64,000 nt of DNA, from assembly GCF_011386835.1 (NCBI RefSeq), contig NC_088793.1:8370001-8434000 (forward strand). The letters run 5' to 3'. Of the stretch, positions 10,959 through 23,784 are shown piece after piece. How positions within the stretch are numbered: position 1 is the stretch's first letter; each line of letters starts with the position of its first letter. The position numbers were made by a program, and so were the translations under genes. A model generated the notes under the pieces. The model saw nothing but the letters and a program-made list of their open reading frames with translations, ran no database searches and had not been told where the DNA came from. The stretch comes from Chrysemys picta bellii (taxonomy: Eukaryota).

Positions 10959-11253
10959 GGCCGTGGCTACACTTGAAACTTCAAAGCGCTGCTACGGGAG
11001 CGCTCCCGAAGCAGCGCTTTGAAGTGCGAGTGTGGTCGTGCGCCAGCGCTGGGAGAGAGCTCTCCCAATGCTGCAGGTACTCCACCTCCACGAGGGGATT
11101 AGCTTACAGCGCTGGGAGCGCGGCTCTCAGTGCTGGGGCACTGTTTACATTGGCGCTTTACAGCGTTGTAACTTGCTGCACTCAGGGGGGTGTTTTTTCA
11201 CACCCCTGAGCGAGAAAGTTGCAGCGCTGTAAAGCGCCAGTGTAGCCATAGCC
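10959..11253. mobile_element. PIF/Harbinger MITE (same family as 9912)
   Basis: TIRs ggccgtggctacact / agtgtagccatagcc; 3-bp TSD TCA on both sides. Confidence 0.92.
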
Positions 11254-11775
11254 TCATACTTAGATTGTAAGATCTTTGGGGCAGGGAGCTTCTCTTGTAC
11301 AGCACCTACCACAATTGGATCATGGTCCATGATGGGGGGTTGCTAGGGTAATTCCAATAATACATTTATTATTAACATTAAATTTCTTCTGCCATTGCAT
11401 TGCCCATTCACCCAATTTGATCAGATCCCTCCAAAAGTTCTTCAGACTTCTCTGAATTTATAACCCAAACGAGAAACATTTATGTCTCAGTGATACTCTT
11501 ATTTGATATGGACATGGATATCACTTCAAACGAGTAACTATAATCAGGCTGCTCTAATGAGTGGGCAGGGTAACAGCCCTGAACTGTTGCTAGATGACTC
11601 GCTGGTACCGTATCTTCCTAGCCAGCTATTCTCAGCCATGTCCGCTGGATTGCTTCCTTACAGGCAAACCGTGCTTTAGAGTGTAAACAGCGCTACTGTG
11701 GCTGCTTCTACTATACAAATTATAAACTGACATAGATGGGGGTTCTGAAGTTTTGTACAGTGTGGACCACATCTT

Positions 11776-11850
11776 AGGCTATGTCTATACTAGCACTTTT
11801 ATCGGTATAACACATGTCCCTCGAGGGCGTGAAAAGAACACACACCCCTC
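11776..11850. mobile_element. Harbinger MITE left-end fragment
   Basis: tta|ggctatgtctatactagcacttttatcggtataac; the right TIR was not found. Confidence 0.55.
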
Positions 11851-14800
11851 TGAGCAATCAGCTATCTGCAGATCACCACAGTCTGACAATCATGCGTTCA
11901 GACAACAAGCAACAATGCCAGTTCAGCAAATACTACTCTCTCCTTACCCAAGTAAGTGGATTACCTTTACGTCCAAATATATTTTTTCATATAGCTGTAG
12001 CTTTTTTGTTCTAAAGCAGATGGTTTTTTACTATAGTGCCTGGAGATAATGAAAGGCACTTTATAAGTAGTTTTTATACACCAACGTGACTTCAGATAAG
12101 TCTTCAGTTTAAGATAAAAAGATGTTTGGAGGCCAAACAATAGAATGAAGTGTCCACAGAATATAAATATCTCCACCTCACAATGTTTTTTACTCCATCA
12201 GAAAGCTTTTCAATTCTTGTTACTACAAGGAGTACGTACTTAAAGATTTTCAATGCAAGAAACCTGGCCTTTCCATAAAGCTTGCATTAGCCTGAAATCC
12301 TTGGTCCTCTGACTGTTACCTTCCATAATCCTGTATTGAATATTTCATGCTCAACTCTTGTCAGTGAATTGTCTGAAGTGTTTGCTTATAAGTGCTGGGG
12401 TTCGTTTTTATCCTTTCTTTCTGACAACTAATGAAGCTGTCTTGAGAGGAACAAATATTCAACACAAGATGATGAAGATGAATGTTGTTTGGTTTTTCAG
12501 CAAACCATACCTAATAATTATATTTCCCACAGAGTGGTGGGGTGAAGGCAGGCTGTAGGTTATCTAAGGTCTTTGTAAACATGCCCTTTGAAGTTGAATT
12601 CTTCTAACTAAACTTCCTTTACAATACCTCATTATGAAACAGACTCATCTAGTTAGTACTCTATTACTGATTATAGCAATCTTAAGAATTCTTGTAATCC
12701 ATTAAAAATATACTCAAAAATATATTACGGTGCCAGTCATGTCACTGTGTCTATCAGTCTTTCCATTACATACCCCTATTTTAAGGTTTTATAAAAGTCA
12801 ACTGTAAAAATTCTTTGGGGGCTAAAACTTGGCACAATACCTTAGCCCAAGGGCAACTGTTACTAAATATTTAAAGTAAAATCCATTCACTAATTTACCA
12901 ATCTGTCATCAGACAAAATCTCTTTCCATCATTTTTCATCCGGACCAGATTTCAAAGAGAACTTACTTTCATCTTTAGTTTAGTTATCTTTCTCCATTTA
13001 CATTCCCCAAGTCATGTGTTCCCTACAGATTTTTCACCCATGGGTTTAAAAGGCATGGTCTATCTGCAATTAAAGTTCTCACAACAAGCCATGATGCAAT
13101 AGACTTACAGCACCTTTGAAGCAGGCAAAGCACATGCCTTTCAACAACTCCCTTGTTGTTTTACTTAGCCCAGTGAATAAAATGAATTTCAAAAGTTATG
13201 TACATTCCAAATGTTATGTATATTCAGTAAGCAATTTGGACAACGCTGACAATGATTAATTACTTTAGCTACCACAATTTAAAAAGTATCATAATAATAT
13301 GGGCCTAATAGAAAAGCAAGGAACTTTAAAAAGCAAAAATCTGCTTGAGTACTTTAGGCTTTATTTTATATGCCACTGTAGCCTTGACTTCTGACATGGG
13401 TGACAGATTAGTTTAGGTCTGATTGTTCAGTCGGGATTTTCAGCCAAATCTGGGAATTTCCTGTCTTTTTGGTCTGTCCTTTGCTAACCTGCTTCAGAAC
13501 AATAATAATACTTTGTATGGAAGGTGCCATAAAATACAAAGATTTCAAAAGTGATTTACAGGCACTGTTAAGTCTCACCACCTTGTCATTTAGGGAAATA
13601 CTACCCCATTTTACAGATTGCAAAGTCACAATAAAAAGGAAGAGCCAGGGGCTGGAGTCCCTTCTTAGTTACACCAGTGTCACTCCTTTGATTTCAATGG
13701 ATTTACCCAATTTAAAGTAGTGAGAGTGGAGAACCAGGATCCAGATTTCTCAATATATAGTACTGTCCTTCAGTTATAAGACCATCCCTTCCTTTCACTT
13801 CCACCTACACGCCTAAAATTGTTTTTGAAAGATATGGGTAGTAAATTAAATACAAAATGTATGCTACAAACAGAAGAGTTCAGATGTTTTTGTACATATC
13901 ACCAGAACTCCCAGCATAAAAAGTACAACTTTATAGTACATACTGCTGCATGTGTTCTCTGTTTAGTATAGTATCAGAGGTATCAATTAAAAATAAAATG
14001 ACAACTTCTGTAAACTTTAAGGAAGAGCAATGATAGACACCAAAGGAAGTGTAATTGGCTGGAAAGGTAGCTAGTGAATGATCCAAGGCACTTCCTCTTC
14101 TGCACTTTCATATGCAGAAAGCACTGTTTCTGACTGGGATGCAAGACATTAGTGCCAAGTATCTAACTTGCATCTCCTCCAAGGCTATTTGGGCCAGTTT
14201 AGAATTCCTATTTCTCAGAGACATTTCACCTCCTCTGGATAGGAACATTCAGGCAGCAGTACCTGTACAATGTTATTTCACACAACTGTTTTTTCTGAAA
14301 TTTGGCTCTCAAGTATGGTTTGAATGTAATGCATTCATAGCAGAAAGGAAGGAGGGAATTCTGTGAGTAAGAAGAAATAGGTGCTTAATAGGACGACACC
14401 GGGAATTTATATCTTTGTCCATTTCTACTTTTTCAGATACCACAGCTCTGTTTATACACAATATTATAAAATAATCAAATTGCAGTGAGAGGAGACATTT
14501 TGGCAAGAGGGTCAAATTAGTCTGCCAATTAACAGCTCCAAATTAAAGGCTGAATGGTCACCACTGTATTTTGAGAGATTGTAATTTTCTACAACTAAAG
14601 ACTGAAAAATAGAGAAATCAAATGGGTTTGAGTGAAGTGAATTTGTCTTTTATCAGCTCACAAGAAAGTTTAACAAACTATTTTCCGTACCTTTAAAGCT
14701 TTTGAATGTATGCCAAGCTTTTAGTGGAGTTTTTGCTTGCCCTAGTTGAAATTAACATGTTTCACACTTTCCAGTTTTCACTTCAAGGTGCTAAAAAATC

Positions 14801-16079
14801 TGAACTTTTTTTATTCTTTGGTTAAAGTAACAAAAACTTCTAGGTTAACAAGAGGCAATACTGTCTTTAAAGAAAGTGAAATCTGTGGTTACTTCTATTG
14901 TGGCAACCCTAACAGAGATTACGGTCTGGAGAAAAATTAGACAATGCCTGCCCCAGAGAGCTCACGATCTAGGATTTAGCCAATACCCATATGAATAAAG
15001 ACAAATAGAGGAGGACAAATCAGTCAGAAGTGGCTGCCAGTGTAACCAATGCCAGGCATGTATTTAAAAAAAAAAAAAAAAAACCACATCTGCCTAACAA
15101 GACAGTGTATTTATATGCACCTGAATTTCTCCTTGGACATATCATCTTATGACTGAGTTTATCCAGTCTTCACATTTCCATGAAGCAATAACTTAGTCTT
15201 AAAGAATGCTGTCCCCACCAGGCCATTTCCACTAAATGCAGGAAGTAAAAAACTTGTCTAAAGAACACCTACAGGCCATCTAGGGTATTGGAAGCAAGCA
15301 TACTTTTGGGGGGCCCTCCCGAAACCATTCCTACTGCCCTAATGTCAGTGGGTTTACTGGACTAACACTTAATCAGAATTAAGTGAGGTGCGGCTAGTGG
15401 GTACAGTAGGAATACGGAAGTATAGATGCCAGGAAATGAAGTACCCAGGAGTTTTACACTTTAGTTTTTTGGCCACTACATTCATCTCTGTGGTGCGGGG
15501 ATGAAGGGGAGGGATGATATAAATCTAGCCATCTAGACAATGGGAGGGAGAGCTCCGGGCACCTGGGAGTAGGACTTCTTTGGTATTTTTCTTAATTCCA
15601 CAGCGATGAAAGGCCTCTGGGAGGTAGCAAAGGGACATCTTTAAGAGGTGTGGATTGACAGAGGGATAGGATGGTGGTAGAATTAAGTTCTGTTGTGTTG
15701 GACAGTTTGCAGCCTGCCTGGGAAGTTCAACTTTGGGCATTTACCTCCCACACTTAGGGCGACCAAAAGACTGACTAAACATTGCCATATGCAGTAAAAG
15801 TCAGTCTTTGACCCCACTGGGAGATAAGACCGGAGAATAAGGAGATCTAAGACTGTTGAGGCAGTTGTCCCCAGCAGTGTGTATTGTACAGCACAAAGAG
15901 GGATCAATAGAGAATGCAAGTTATGCTTTATATATTTAAGACAATGAATGATGTTGCCTGCTCCAAGACTAGATTTCAAGGTGTTCACCTTGTGGGTGGG
16001 CCCCAAAGTAGGGTTAAAGCGGTACCACCAGTGCCCTTGATGCGTTGATCAGGTTCATCACTGCAGTGGCATTGGAGAC

Positions 16080-16500
16080 ACAAAGGCAAAAAGTGCTCAG
16101 TGACGTCAATATTTATGTAGATGACTTATTCTGGAACAGCTCAGAATTTTATGGGTGCCATGGCAACCATGGGACTGTAACAGCTGTTTGCTGGCTCAAA
16201 TCACGTAGCTAGCCACATGGGTTATAATATTCGGAATGAGATCAGAAGCTGGAGAAGTTCAGATTGTTCCCTTGTCGTGGACAGACCATTATGCACTTCT
16301 GTGTCCTATCAGGGCAATGGGGCTGTTCTGATGGTCCCATCTTGCAGGATAATGGAACAAACTGGAAGGCTCTTCAGTGGGCAAGATTTGTCAATAATGC
16401 ACAGGTCTGGTGTTGCTACATATTAAGAGGAGTACATGTAAGAATGTCTAAGTGTGCAAAAAGGGGAAGGGCATGGGTTAAATTTCACCCCCTTACACAA
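16080..16500 (+). mobile_element. Highly decayed L2-like endonuclease fragment
   Basis: Reads approximately LSDVNIYVDD...QNFMGAMATMGL*Q, resembling the L2 GDFNIH...FMAAMATMGLSQ segment. Confidence 0.5.
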
Positions 16501-16989
16501 TCTGGCTCTTGGTGACTAATATTTATTAAACACTTCAAGTCATGAATGCAAACTGTCAAGAGATTTTTACAGAATGGCCTGGAAAACTGATGCTGAATCC
16601 TATTTGACCCATATATAATACACGATCACATGGAATAAACCAAGAAAGGGATATTAAATATATGTATCCCTTCCTTCATTTCATGAATAAAATAGAGTAT
16701 TAACTGAATTTGTAATTGTTAATAAAACAGTGCTGTACAAACCAGTGAGAGCTGAGAAATACAAAAGAACTAAGGGTGAAATATGGGCAGGAAATAAAGC
16801 AAGATGCAAGTTAGTATCTCTGCCAAATGCTAATTACAGATATTCTAAGGAGGGGGAGATTTTTTTGGGAATTACTACTTTTAAATAAAGACTTGGAGGG
16901 GGTCATAGAAAATTAGATATGTTTTGCTTGCAACACAGTAGGACAGCAAACTGAAATTGCAATTTTGAGTTGTGTGTGTACAGACAAGC

Positions 16990-17615
16990 AAGAAGACTGA
17001 TTAGGCCTCAAATGGAGTATTGTGTCCAGTTTTAGGTGCCACATTTCAGGAAAGATGTGGACAAATTGGAGAAATTCCAAAGAAGAGCAACAAAAATGAT
17101 GAAAGGTCCAGAAAACATGACTTATGAGGAAAGATTGAAAAAAAATTGGGTTTGTTTAGGCTGGAGAAGAGAACACAGAGGGGACATGATAACAGTTTTC
17201 AAGTACATAAAAGGCTGTTACAAGGAGGAGGAAGGCAAATTGTTCTCATTAACCTCTGAGGATAGGTGGTTTAGGTTGGACATTAGGAAAAACTTCATAA
17301 CTGTCAGGGTGGTTAAACACTGGAATAAATTGCCTAGGGAGGTTTTGGAATCTCCATCATTGGAGATTTTTAAGAACAAGTTAGACAAATTCCTGTCAGG
17401 GATGGTCTACACCAGTGGTTCTCAACCTGCGGCCCAATCAACACACAGCTGCGGCCCGTGTGACATCCTCAGGGCCATATACATAGTATTGGATGCAGCC
17501 CACATAACACATTGGGGACCGCATATGTGGCTCACAATGGTAAATAAGTTGAGAACCACTGGTCTACATAATACTTAGTCCTGTCATGAGTGCAGAAGAC
17601 TGGACAAGATGACCT
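16990..17615 (+). mobile_element. CR1 LINE 3' end (C-terminus of ORF2), split by a hAT MITE
   Basis: ORF 17036-17578: PHFRKDVDKLEKFQRRATKM...RLDIRKNFITVRVVKHWNKLPREVLESPSLEIFK. The UTR resumes after 17561. Confidence 0.92.
17413..17561. mobile_element. hAT MITE
   Basis: TIRs cagtggttctcaac / gttgagaaccactg; TSD gtctacac / gtctacat (7 of 8). Confidence 0.9.
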
Positions 17616-20469
17616 CCCACACACACACATACACACCCCTCCGCCAAAGTCCCTTCCAGTCCTACAATTCTATGATAGTACCTCCCTATGTAAGACAGGC
17701 AAATCCTCACCTACAATACTAAGTGCAGTTCTGAGAACCTCACTACCATTAACATTAAAAAGCAATGTTGAATGCAAATATATAGCATATTTTATTTATG
17801 ACTGCAATCAAGCTGAAGAAAGTTGAACTCCATTCTGATGTTCAGGATGACTAAAGGGGAGGAGAATGTGTAGTGATTACAGGGCGGGAAAGCAGGAGGT
17901 AAAGGCAATCTGGTGAAACCCTGATTATGGTTATTTGTATCTGTCTACACATGGAGGACATCTCCAGGAAGTTCCTCTTGCAGAGTCTCCACACATTAAT
18001 CTTCGGGAGTCACTTTGCCCTTCCCCTGTCTCCAGTGGAGCAGGCCACGGGATCCAGTCAAAAAACTGTCAGATCCCACATAATAAACCAGAAGCCAGGG
18101 CCATGTACAGAGGCCCTGTGCCTACACATCAATTTTCTGCTCTCATCCCAAGGCTGTGTCACCTGTCCCAATTAATCTCTGCAGTCCAAGAGCAGGTAGA
18201 CAATGGGTCCCCAGTCCCATCCCTGAATTGCCCACTCTTCCTTAAGCAGATTTCAAATTTAGGGAAAAGCAAGTGCAATCTAGTATGTGCAAGGATCTGG
18301 AGGAGGAGGAGAAGTATGCCAGGGAAGAACCTGAGTCACTCTTCCATCCACACACCAATATGGGGCCATTATCACCCAGGTATGTTTTCGCCAGTAGCTG
18401 AAGAGTTAATAAAATCTATAGTTTGCTCCTAGCCAATGATTTAAAACTGAAATCCTAAGATCACCTACAGTATCTTAGTTATGTATTTTGTATTAAAGGT
18501 CCCAGGGACTTCCCCTCTAAATTAGACCAAACGTTAATAGTTTTTAAACTGTGTTCATTTGCACTGGATAGAAAGCCCTCTTCACTCTTTACTACTTTAT
18601 TGATATAGGAATTCGTACCAGAAACCTCTCAGATATTGTATGTAGAGAGAAATTAATGAACATCATGCTGAAATCATGGGTTATTATACCATACACAATA
18701 CACAAGTAATACACAAAACTGGACCAATGAGGATTTGTACCAATTTTTTTCCAACATTTAAATGCATGGATATCTTCCTTTTCTCTCTTTGTAGCACAAT
18801 CAATGATGTTTAGAGTAGACTGACAGGCTGTACATAAACAGAGTAATTTCTGGACTACCACATGCATACCTAGTTCGGTGAACAATCAGTTTTTCTTATT
18901 AGGAAGACACACACTAATGGTTCACCCAGTTCAATACTCCTATTTTATTTGGTCTGTCCTCCCTTCCCAAGGCCCATCGGTTTTTATTAAAAGTGTTTTT
19001 GTCATTTGCAAACTATTCTTCATCTGGAGGCCAGACAACATGAAGAAGTGATGGGTGTTTGTTTTCCTGATTTTATTTTTTTGGAGATGGGAGAGCCTAA
19101 AATTCTGTCAAAGTCATCTAAGTAATCTAGCAGAGATGATTCATTATGGAAGATTGTAAATAGTTTTATGAACTGTCAATGTTTCCATTAGGTGAAAAGA
19201 AGGTACAAAGCTGAAAGTAGAACTTGTGGCAGCTGAAAGTTCCATGTTAAAACAATATCAGCCAGTACATGGATGAAACATTGTTCTGTACTTGCAGATT
19301 TCAAAGACATATGAAATGAGAAACATTGAGATGAAAGCACCAATAACCATCAGTGTACTAAGATTGAGACAAGATTGCTATCTGTTTTAGTATGTTAAAA
19401 GCTACATTTTCAAATCAATTTGATACTTTCTCTACTTCAGGGAAGAATCTTGTTGTGGTCAAGTTAAAATGGACAAGACACCTTTTCCATCTATTTTATT
19501 GTTCTATTCAGTATTAATGAAGATGCCTAAAAATAGGGTGATATGATCAGACTGTGAATTTCACCCCTCTGCAATGGTCTAACAAGGCCTAACTAGGTCT
19601 TATGTGAAGCACAGTTCTAAGTGATTAAATTTACCCTTGATAAGAATCTGAACTGTATTTTGGATTGCCAACACATGATCAAGTACTTCAACAGATTACT
19701 CTTGTTGCTCTCCACTGTTAAGATTTGATATTTTACAACATAATCTCAACAGCCTGAGGCAGATGTTGCTGTCTTTTTTTTCATGCCAAAATTCATAATT
19801 TTTGATGGAATGAAGTACATTTTTACAGATTATAATAAAACAAAAGCATTTACTGGATAATAATTTGTTATGACTGAGGTGTACTTGAACCTGATGGTGG
19901 TGATTTTACTGTTGATTTTACTGGATGTTAATTATTGTTGGCTTACATTTTATGAAGAGGTAGTAATATCTGAAATGCAAATTGAAGATTCAAGGTTTTG
20001 ATAGCTATCCATAAAGACATTAAGTCATTTGAGGGCTAAGCAAATGATAGGATCTCTTTCCTTTCAGTTGGACCAGGACTTAACCCAACAAATAATTAAA
20101 GATCTTATTTACTGGAGCCTGGATCATGCCCTCCAGCAGAAAAAGCCATAAAAGTGGTATCTGTAGAATGATCTCCCTGCAGAGTTCCCCTTCTACCATT
20201 CCATCTATGGGGAAAGTACAACCAGAAATTGAAAGCAGGTACATTTTTGGTTAAGGTTGACAACACTTGTAAATTCTTGCTTGGTAGATATTTAAGGCAC
20301 TTCCTTAGGTATTGTATATTTGCAAGGAAGCCATTCCTATTGTAGCAATCACTATAGTATCTTGTGTCACTCCAAAAGACAGCATTTGTAGCAGCTACTG
20401 AAAGGAGGCTCCTGTAGAGGTACATGGCAGAGTTTGACTATAAAAAGAAAAGGCTGCTAGAGTTCGCTA

Positions 20470-20562
20470 AGGGCCCAATCCTGCAAGATACAGTATGCCT
20501 TCAGCTCTCACTGAAGAAAATGTAAATTGAAGGTACTCAGCACTTTGTAGGATCAGACCCTG
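20470..20562. mobile_element. Ancient short hairpin DNA-element relic
   Basis: gggcccaatcctgcaag...ccttca / tgaaggtactcagcactttgtaggatcagaccc. Similar relics lie near 13645, 26548, 32510, 36043, 46014 and 62706. Confidence 0.55.
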
Positions 20563-20595
20563 AATCTCTGCATCTATATATTTCTAATATACATA

Positions 20596-20772
20596 CACCT
20601 CTACCTCGATATAACGCTGTCCTCGGGAGCCAAAAAATCTTACTGCGTTATAGGTGAAACCGCGTTATATTGAACTTGCTTTGATCCACCGGAGCGCGCA
20701 GCCTCCTCCTCCTCCCCCCGGAGCACTGCTTTACCGTGTTATATCGGGTCGCGTTATATCGAGGTAGCGGTG
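20596..20772. mobile_element. Tigger-like (Tc1/mariner) MITE, copy 1 of 4
   Basis: TIRs cacctctacctcgatataacgc / gcgttatatcgaggtagcggtg; TA TSD. Confidence 0.92.
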
Positions 20773-21399
20773 TATCACTTTGGTCCTGTCTAGTGATGTG
20801 GCACGGTCTTCACAGCACAAGGCCTATTTAAAAGCTTCTATGCAGCTAGCTCAACAGATTTAAGCAGAAGACTAATCTTTACCCAAATAATAGTGGCAAG
20901 CCCTTTAACTATCCTTCAGCACCTCATGCTAATGATAAAATAGAATTGGGACCATGGGAAAGAACGGGGGGTCGGAGCCATTTAACAAAAATTTAAGAAT
21001 GCTAATTCTTCCCCTGCCCCCTTACAATTATTTTGACTTTATTTAAAGCATTTATATGACATGTATAAGATACAGAAAATATAAACAGAGTGCATATAAA
21101 TACAAATCAGTAGTATGTTTATTATAATCTTTGGATAATTAAATGAGACAAAGCAGCTTAATACTAAGCAAACAATGAAATAACTCCTAGAGTATGCATT
21201 AGTACCATGCTACTACTGACGGGTACGCACGTACCCTTACACATACATAGGAGAGAAGTAATTACAGCCAGCAAAAGGGTAAAATAAAAGCGAGTAATGA
21301 ATGAAAAAGTAATCCTTCACATAGACCCCTCACAGTGCTACTCTGAGCACGTCACATGCCGTAAAATTATCCCAGATAAAAAACTAGCACAAATACAGA

Positions 21400-22520
21400 G
21401 GATGTTAGAATTCATATGGAATCAGAAAACACCAAGAGGGAAAGAAGATACTTTATACAGACCCATTAAATAGCGTGGACTAGCTATTTCAAATGTTCTA
21501 TGGTAGTATCAAGCCAGCCAGTTCAAACTAGTAGCAGATTGGGGGTGCTCTAACCCAGCCAAATCCTGGGTCTATACTGAACAAGAAAATCACAATAGTG
21601 TAAACATCTAGGCTACTATCGAGTCATAAAAAAATTCAGACCCATCAGAAATTTTACATACATCCTTTAGCAAAGCTATTCTATGGGTCTCTGATAGAAC
21701 TAGTGATAAGATCAGCCCTTTTCCATCACAAATAATCCAGATTGAGAGCCATGGAACACACATAGTTGGCCAGATATTCAGTAAAGAAACTTTTCTAACT
21801 TATTTAGAGATCGAAACCATTCTCCCCTGGTATCAATACTTTCAAGTCACGCACTCAACTTTCTAGAAAACCTGTTTTATACAGGAAAGCTAACTTTAAC
21901 AGAAACGATGGTGTCTGGACAATTAGGAAACAAAAAAAGTTATAAGTAATTTATAGCAATCTTTGAAGACAGCTTTCCTAACAAAAAAGGGTCTCTATTT
22001 GACATGCTGGGGAAAGGATGTGGCTAGGCAAGTCACTTCAGAGGAGCGGAGTTTGATCTAGAAAAGACAAGCAACCTCAGCCTGTAGCACAATAAAGTTT
22101 CTTTAAGGTACTGTTTCAACGATACCTCATACCAGTCAGATATTTCATATATACATACACTGAATGGGGATAAATGTTGGAGAAACTGTAGAGAAAGTGG
22201 AGATTTTATGCATAGATGGTAGATATGTCCAGTCACAAGAGAGAATTCTGATGCAATGTAGAACAAAATATCACCAATTGCTGAATATTTATTACCAAAT
22301 GAGCCTTTGATAATCCTCCTGGGGCTTCCTAGTTGAAATGGTCACACAAAAGAAAATGAAGAATTAATATCTCATCTGCTAGTCACTGCTCAGCTATTGG
22401 TAGCATCTCACTGGAAAAGAAAAATAGCCCAACCATTGAGGAATGGTTCAACAAATATATGGGGTTGTGTTTATGGAAAAGTAACACACTAATTACATAC
22501 CCACCAAAATAGACAGAGAA
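21400..22520 (+). mobile_element. Decayed L1/Tx1-clade LINE, 3' part of ORF2
   Basis: From 22169 reads DKCWRNCRESGDFMHRW*ICP (C-terminal CCHC knuckle of L1-type ORF2), followed by VTAQLLVASHWK. Confidence 0.7.
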
Positions 22521-23084
22521 CAAATAGACACTTTGATATGTGGCTACATTTTATTCAGTACTCAAAGTACATTCACCTGCAAAAAAACAGCACACCAATC
22601 CAATTTTTTTGAATATTAACATCTGATAGACACACCAGTTCTTTTAAATGTGTATGCAGAGATCCCACTCAATTTAATAAAGTCACTAGAAATGGCACAG
22701 GTGGCGTAATGATGCTCCCTCTAACATGGTAACACCCTGCTAAACAGAAAGATCTGATGACCATATTCTTGGATGTCTCCTTAAACAAAAGCGAACAGTT
22801 TTAATGATGGTTTTGTTTCTGCTATTTACTTGGCAAAAATTTGTAAACCTGTTAAAACTTTCTAAATAAATAGTTAAAAAATACAATACAGATAAGCATC
22901 AACAGTTTTAAATGCATACAATGTTTTAAAAGACAAACAACGTGGCATCACTAACAAGGCTGAAGATTTTACATGAGTCCAAGAATGTTTAAAGGTAAGA
23001 ACATCTCTAAAAGGTGAGACTTTATATTATCTTTAAAAGGGAGGGACTGAGGTGGATGTTAAGGAGCAGTGAATTCCACACAAA

Positions 23085-23369
23085 GGGTACGTCTATACTT
23101 ACTTCCTGGTCCAGATGTAAGCGATCGATCTTCTGGGATCGATTTATCGCGTCTAGACAAGACGTGATAAATCGATCCCGGAAGTGCTTGCTGTCGACGC
23201 CGGTACCCCAGCTCAGCGAGAGGAGTACGCGGCATCGACGGGGGAGCCTGCCTGCCGCGTCCGGACCCGCGGTAAGTTCGGACTAAGGTACTTCGAATTC
23301 AGCTACGTTATTAACGCAGCTGAATTTGCGTACCTTAGTCCGAAGTGGGGAGTTAGTGTGGACCAGGCC
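23085..23369. mobile_element. PIF/Harbinger MITE
   Basis: Ends gggtacgtctatact / agtgtggaccaggcc; 3-bp TSD AAA; CpG-rich, self-complementary interior. Confidence 0.88.
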
Positions 23370-23784
23370 AAAGAAGGGTCAAAAACTAATTAATCCAGAA
23401 AACTACAGTGCGACAGCGGTGCCCCTACAAAGCCAGCAGAATCAGAGCATAGATTCCAACCAGGATGAGGATGATAGTCAAGACTTTCAAGATGGCCCAA
23501 GCTGGTTTTTGAAAGTCAAACTGAATGAACTGAAAGATTTAGAAATGCAAGTTTCCTGGCAGGATGGGTGTTTAGTCAGAGAGAGTTATGTCAAGGTTAA
23601 CGCCACATTTCCTTATTCGGGCATTTTGCTTTATGTCAAAGTACAGTATCCTAATGATGCTATAAACTGATCTGTATTTACAACCTTAACTACCTGCACA
23701 ATTTCTTGTCTGGGAATTTATTCCTGATGCAAATTTGGATTTTTTTTTCATAAGCTATTTGAACCAACCTACTTCACCTGGTAG

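Larger units (their letters stand above)
9710..11372 (+). mobile_element. L2 LINE 3' part
   Basis: caagctcagcatggctaaaacagaactct, aacctgggtgtcatcttcgactc and an L2 tail (tagattgtaagatctttggggcaggga...gtacagcacctaccacaat). Confidence 0.9.
8686..11480 (-). mobile_element. Old CR1 LINE in pieces (about 8686-9260, 9470-9700, 11372-11480), hosting nested insertions
   Basis: CR1 3' end at 8686. The reverse-strand CR1 sequence stops at ...aatgtgccttattttgc (about 9697) and resumes at attaacattaaatttcttctgccatt (about 11372) after the L2. Confidence 0.7.

Noticed and set aside
12320-12440. 121-nt minus-strand exon with a late ATG (MKYSIQDYG)
   Set aside because: The splice signals are moderate, all full-length frames are blocked, and the peptide is not recognised; such pairs are common by chance.
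16154-16167. RFX X-box (GGTGCCATGGCAAC)
   Set aside because: It is explained by the coding sequence of the L2 relic (AMATM), with no independent support.
17036-17578. 180-aa ORF as a functional chimeric gene
   Set aside because: It is a CR1 ORF2 C-terminus with frameshift and deletion scars that reads through into a MITE by chance.
21221-21236. gggtacg-ca-cgtaccc as a collapsed Harbinger MITE footprint
   Set aside because: It matches the outer 7 bp of the TIR, but there is no TSD and a 7-bp stem is expected by chance in 64 kb.
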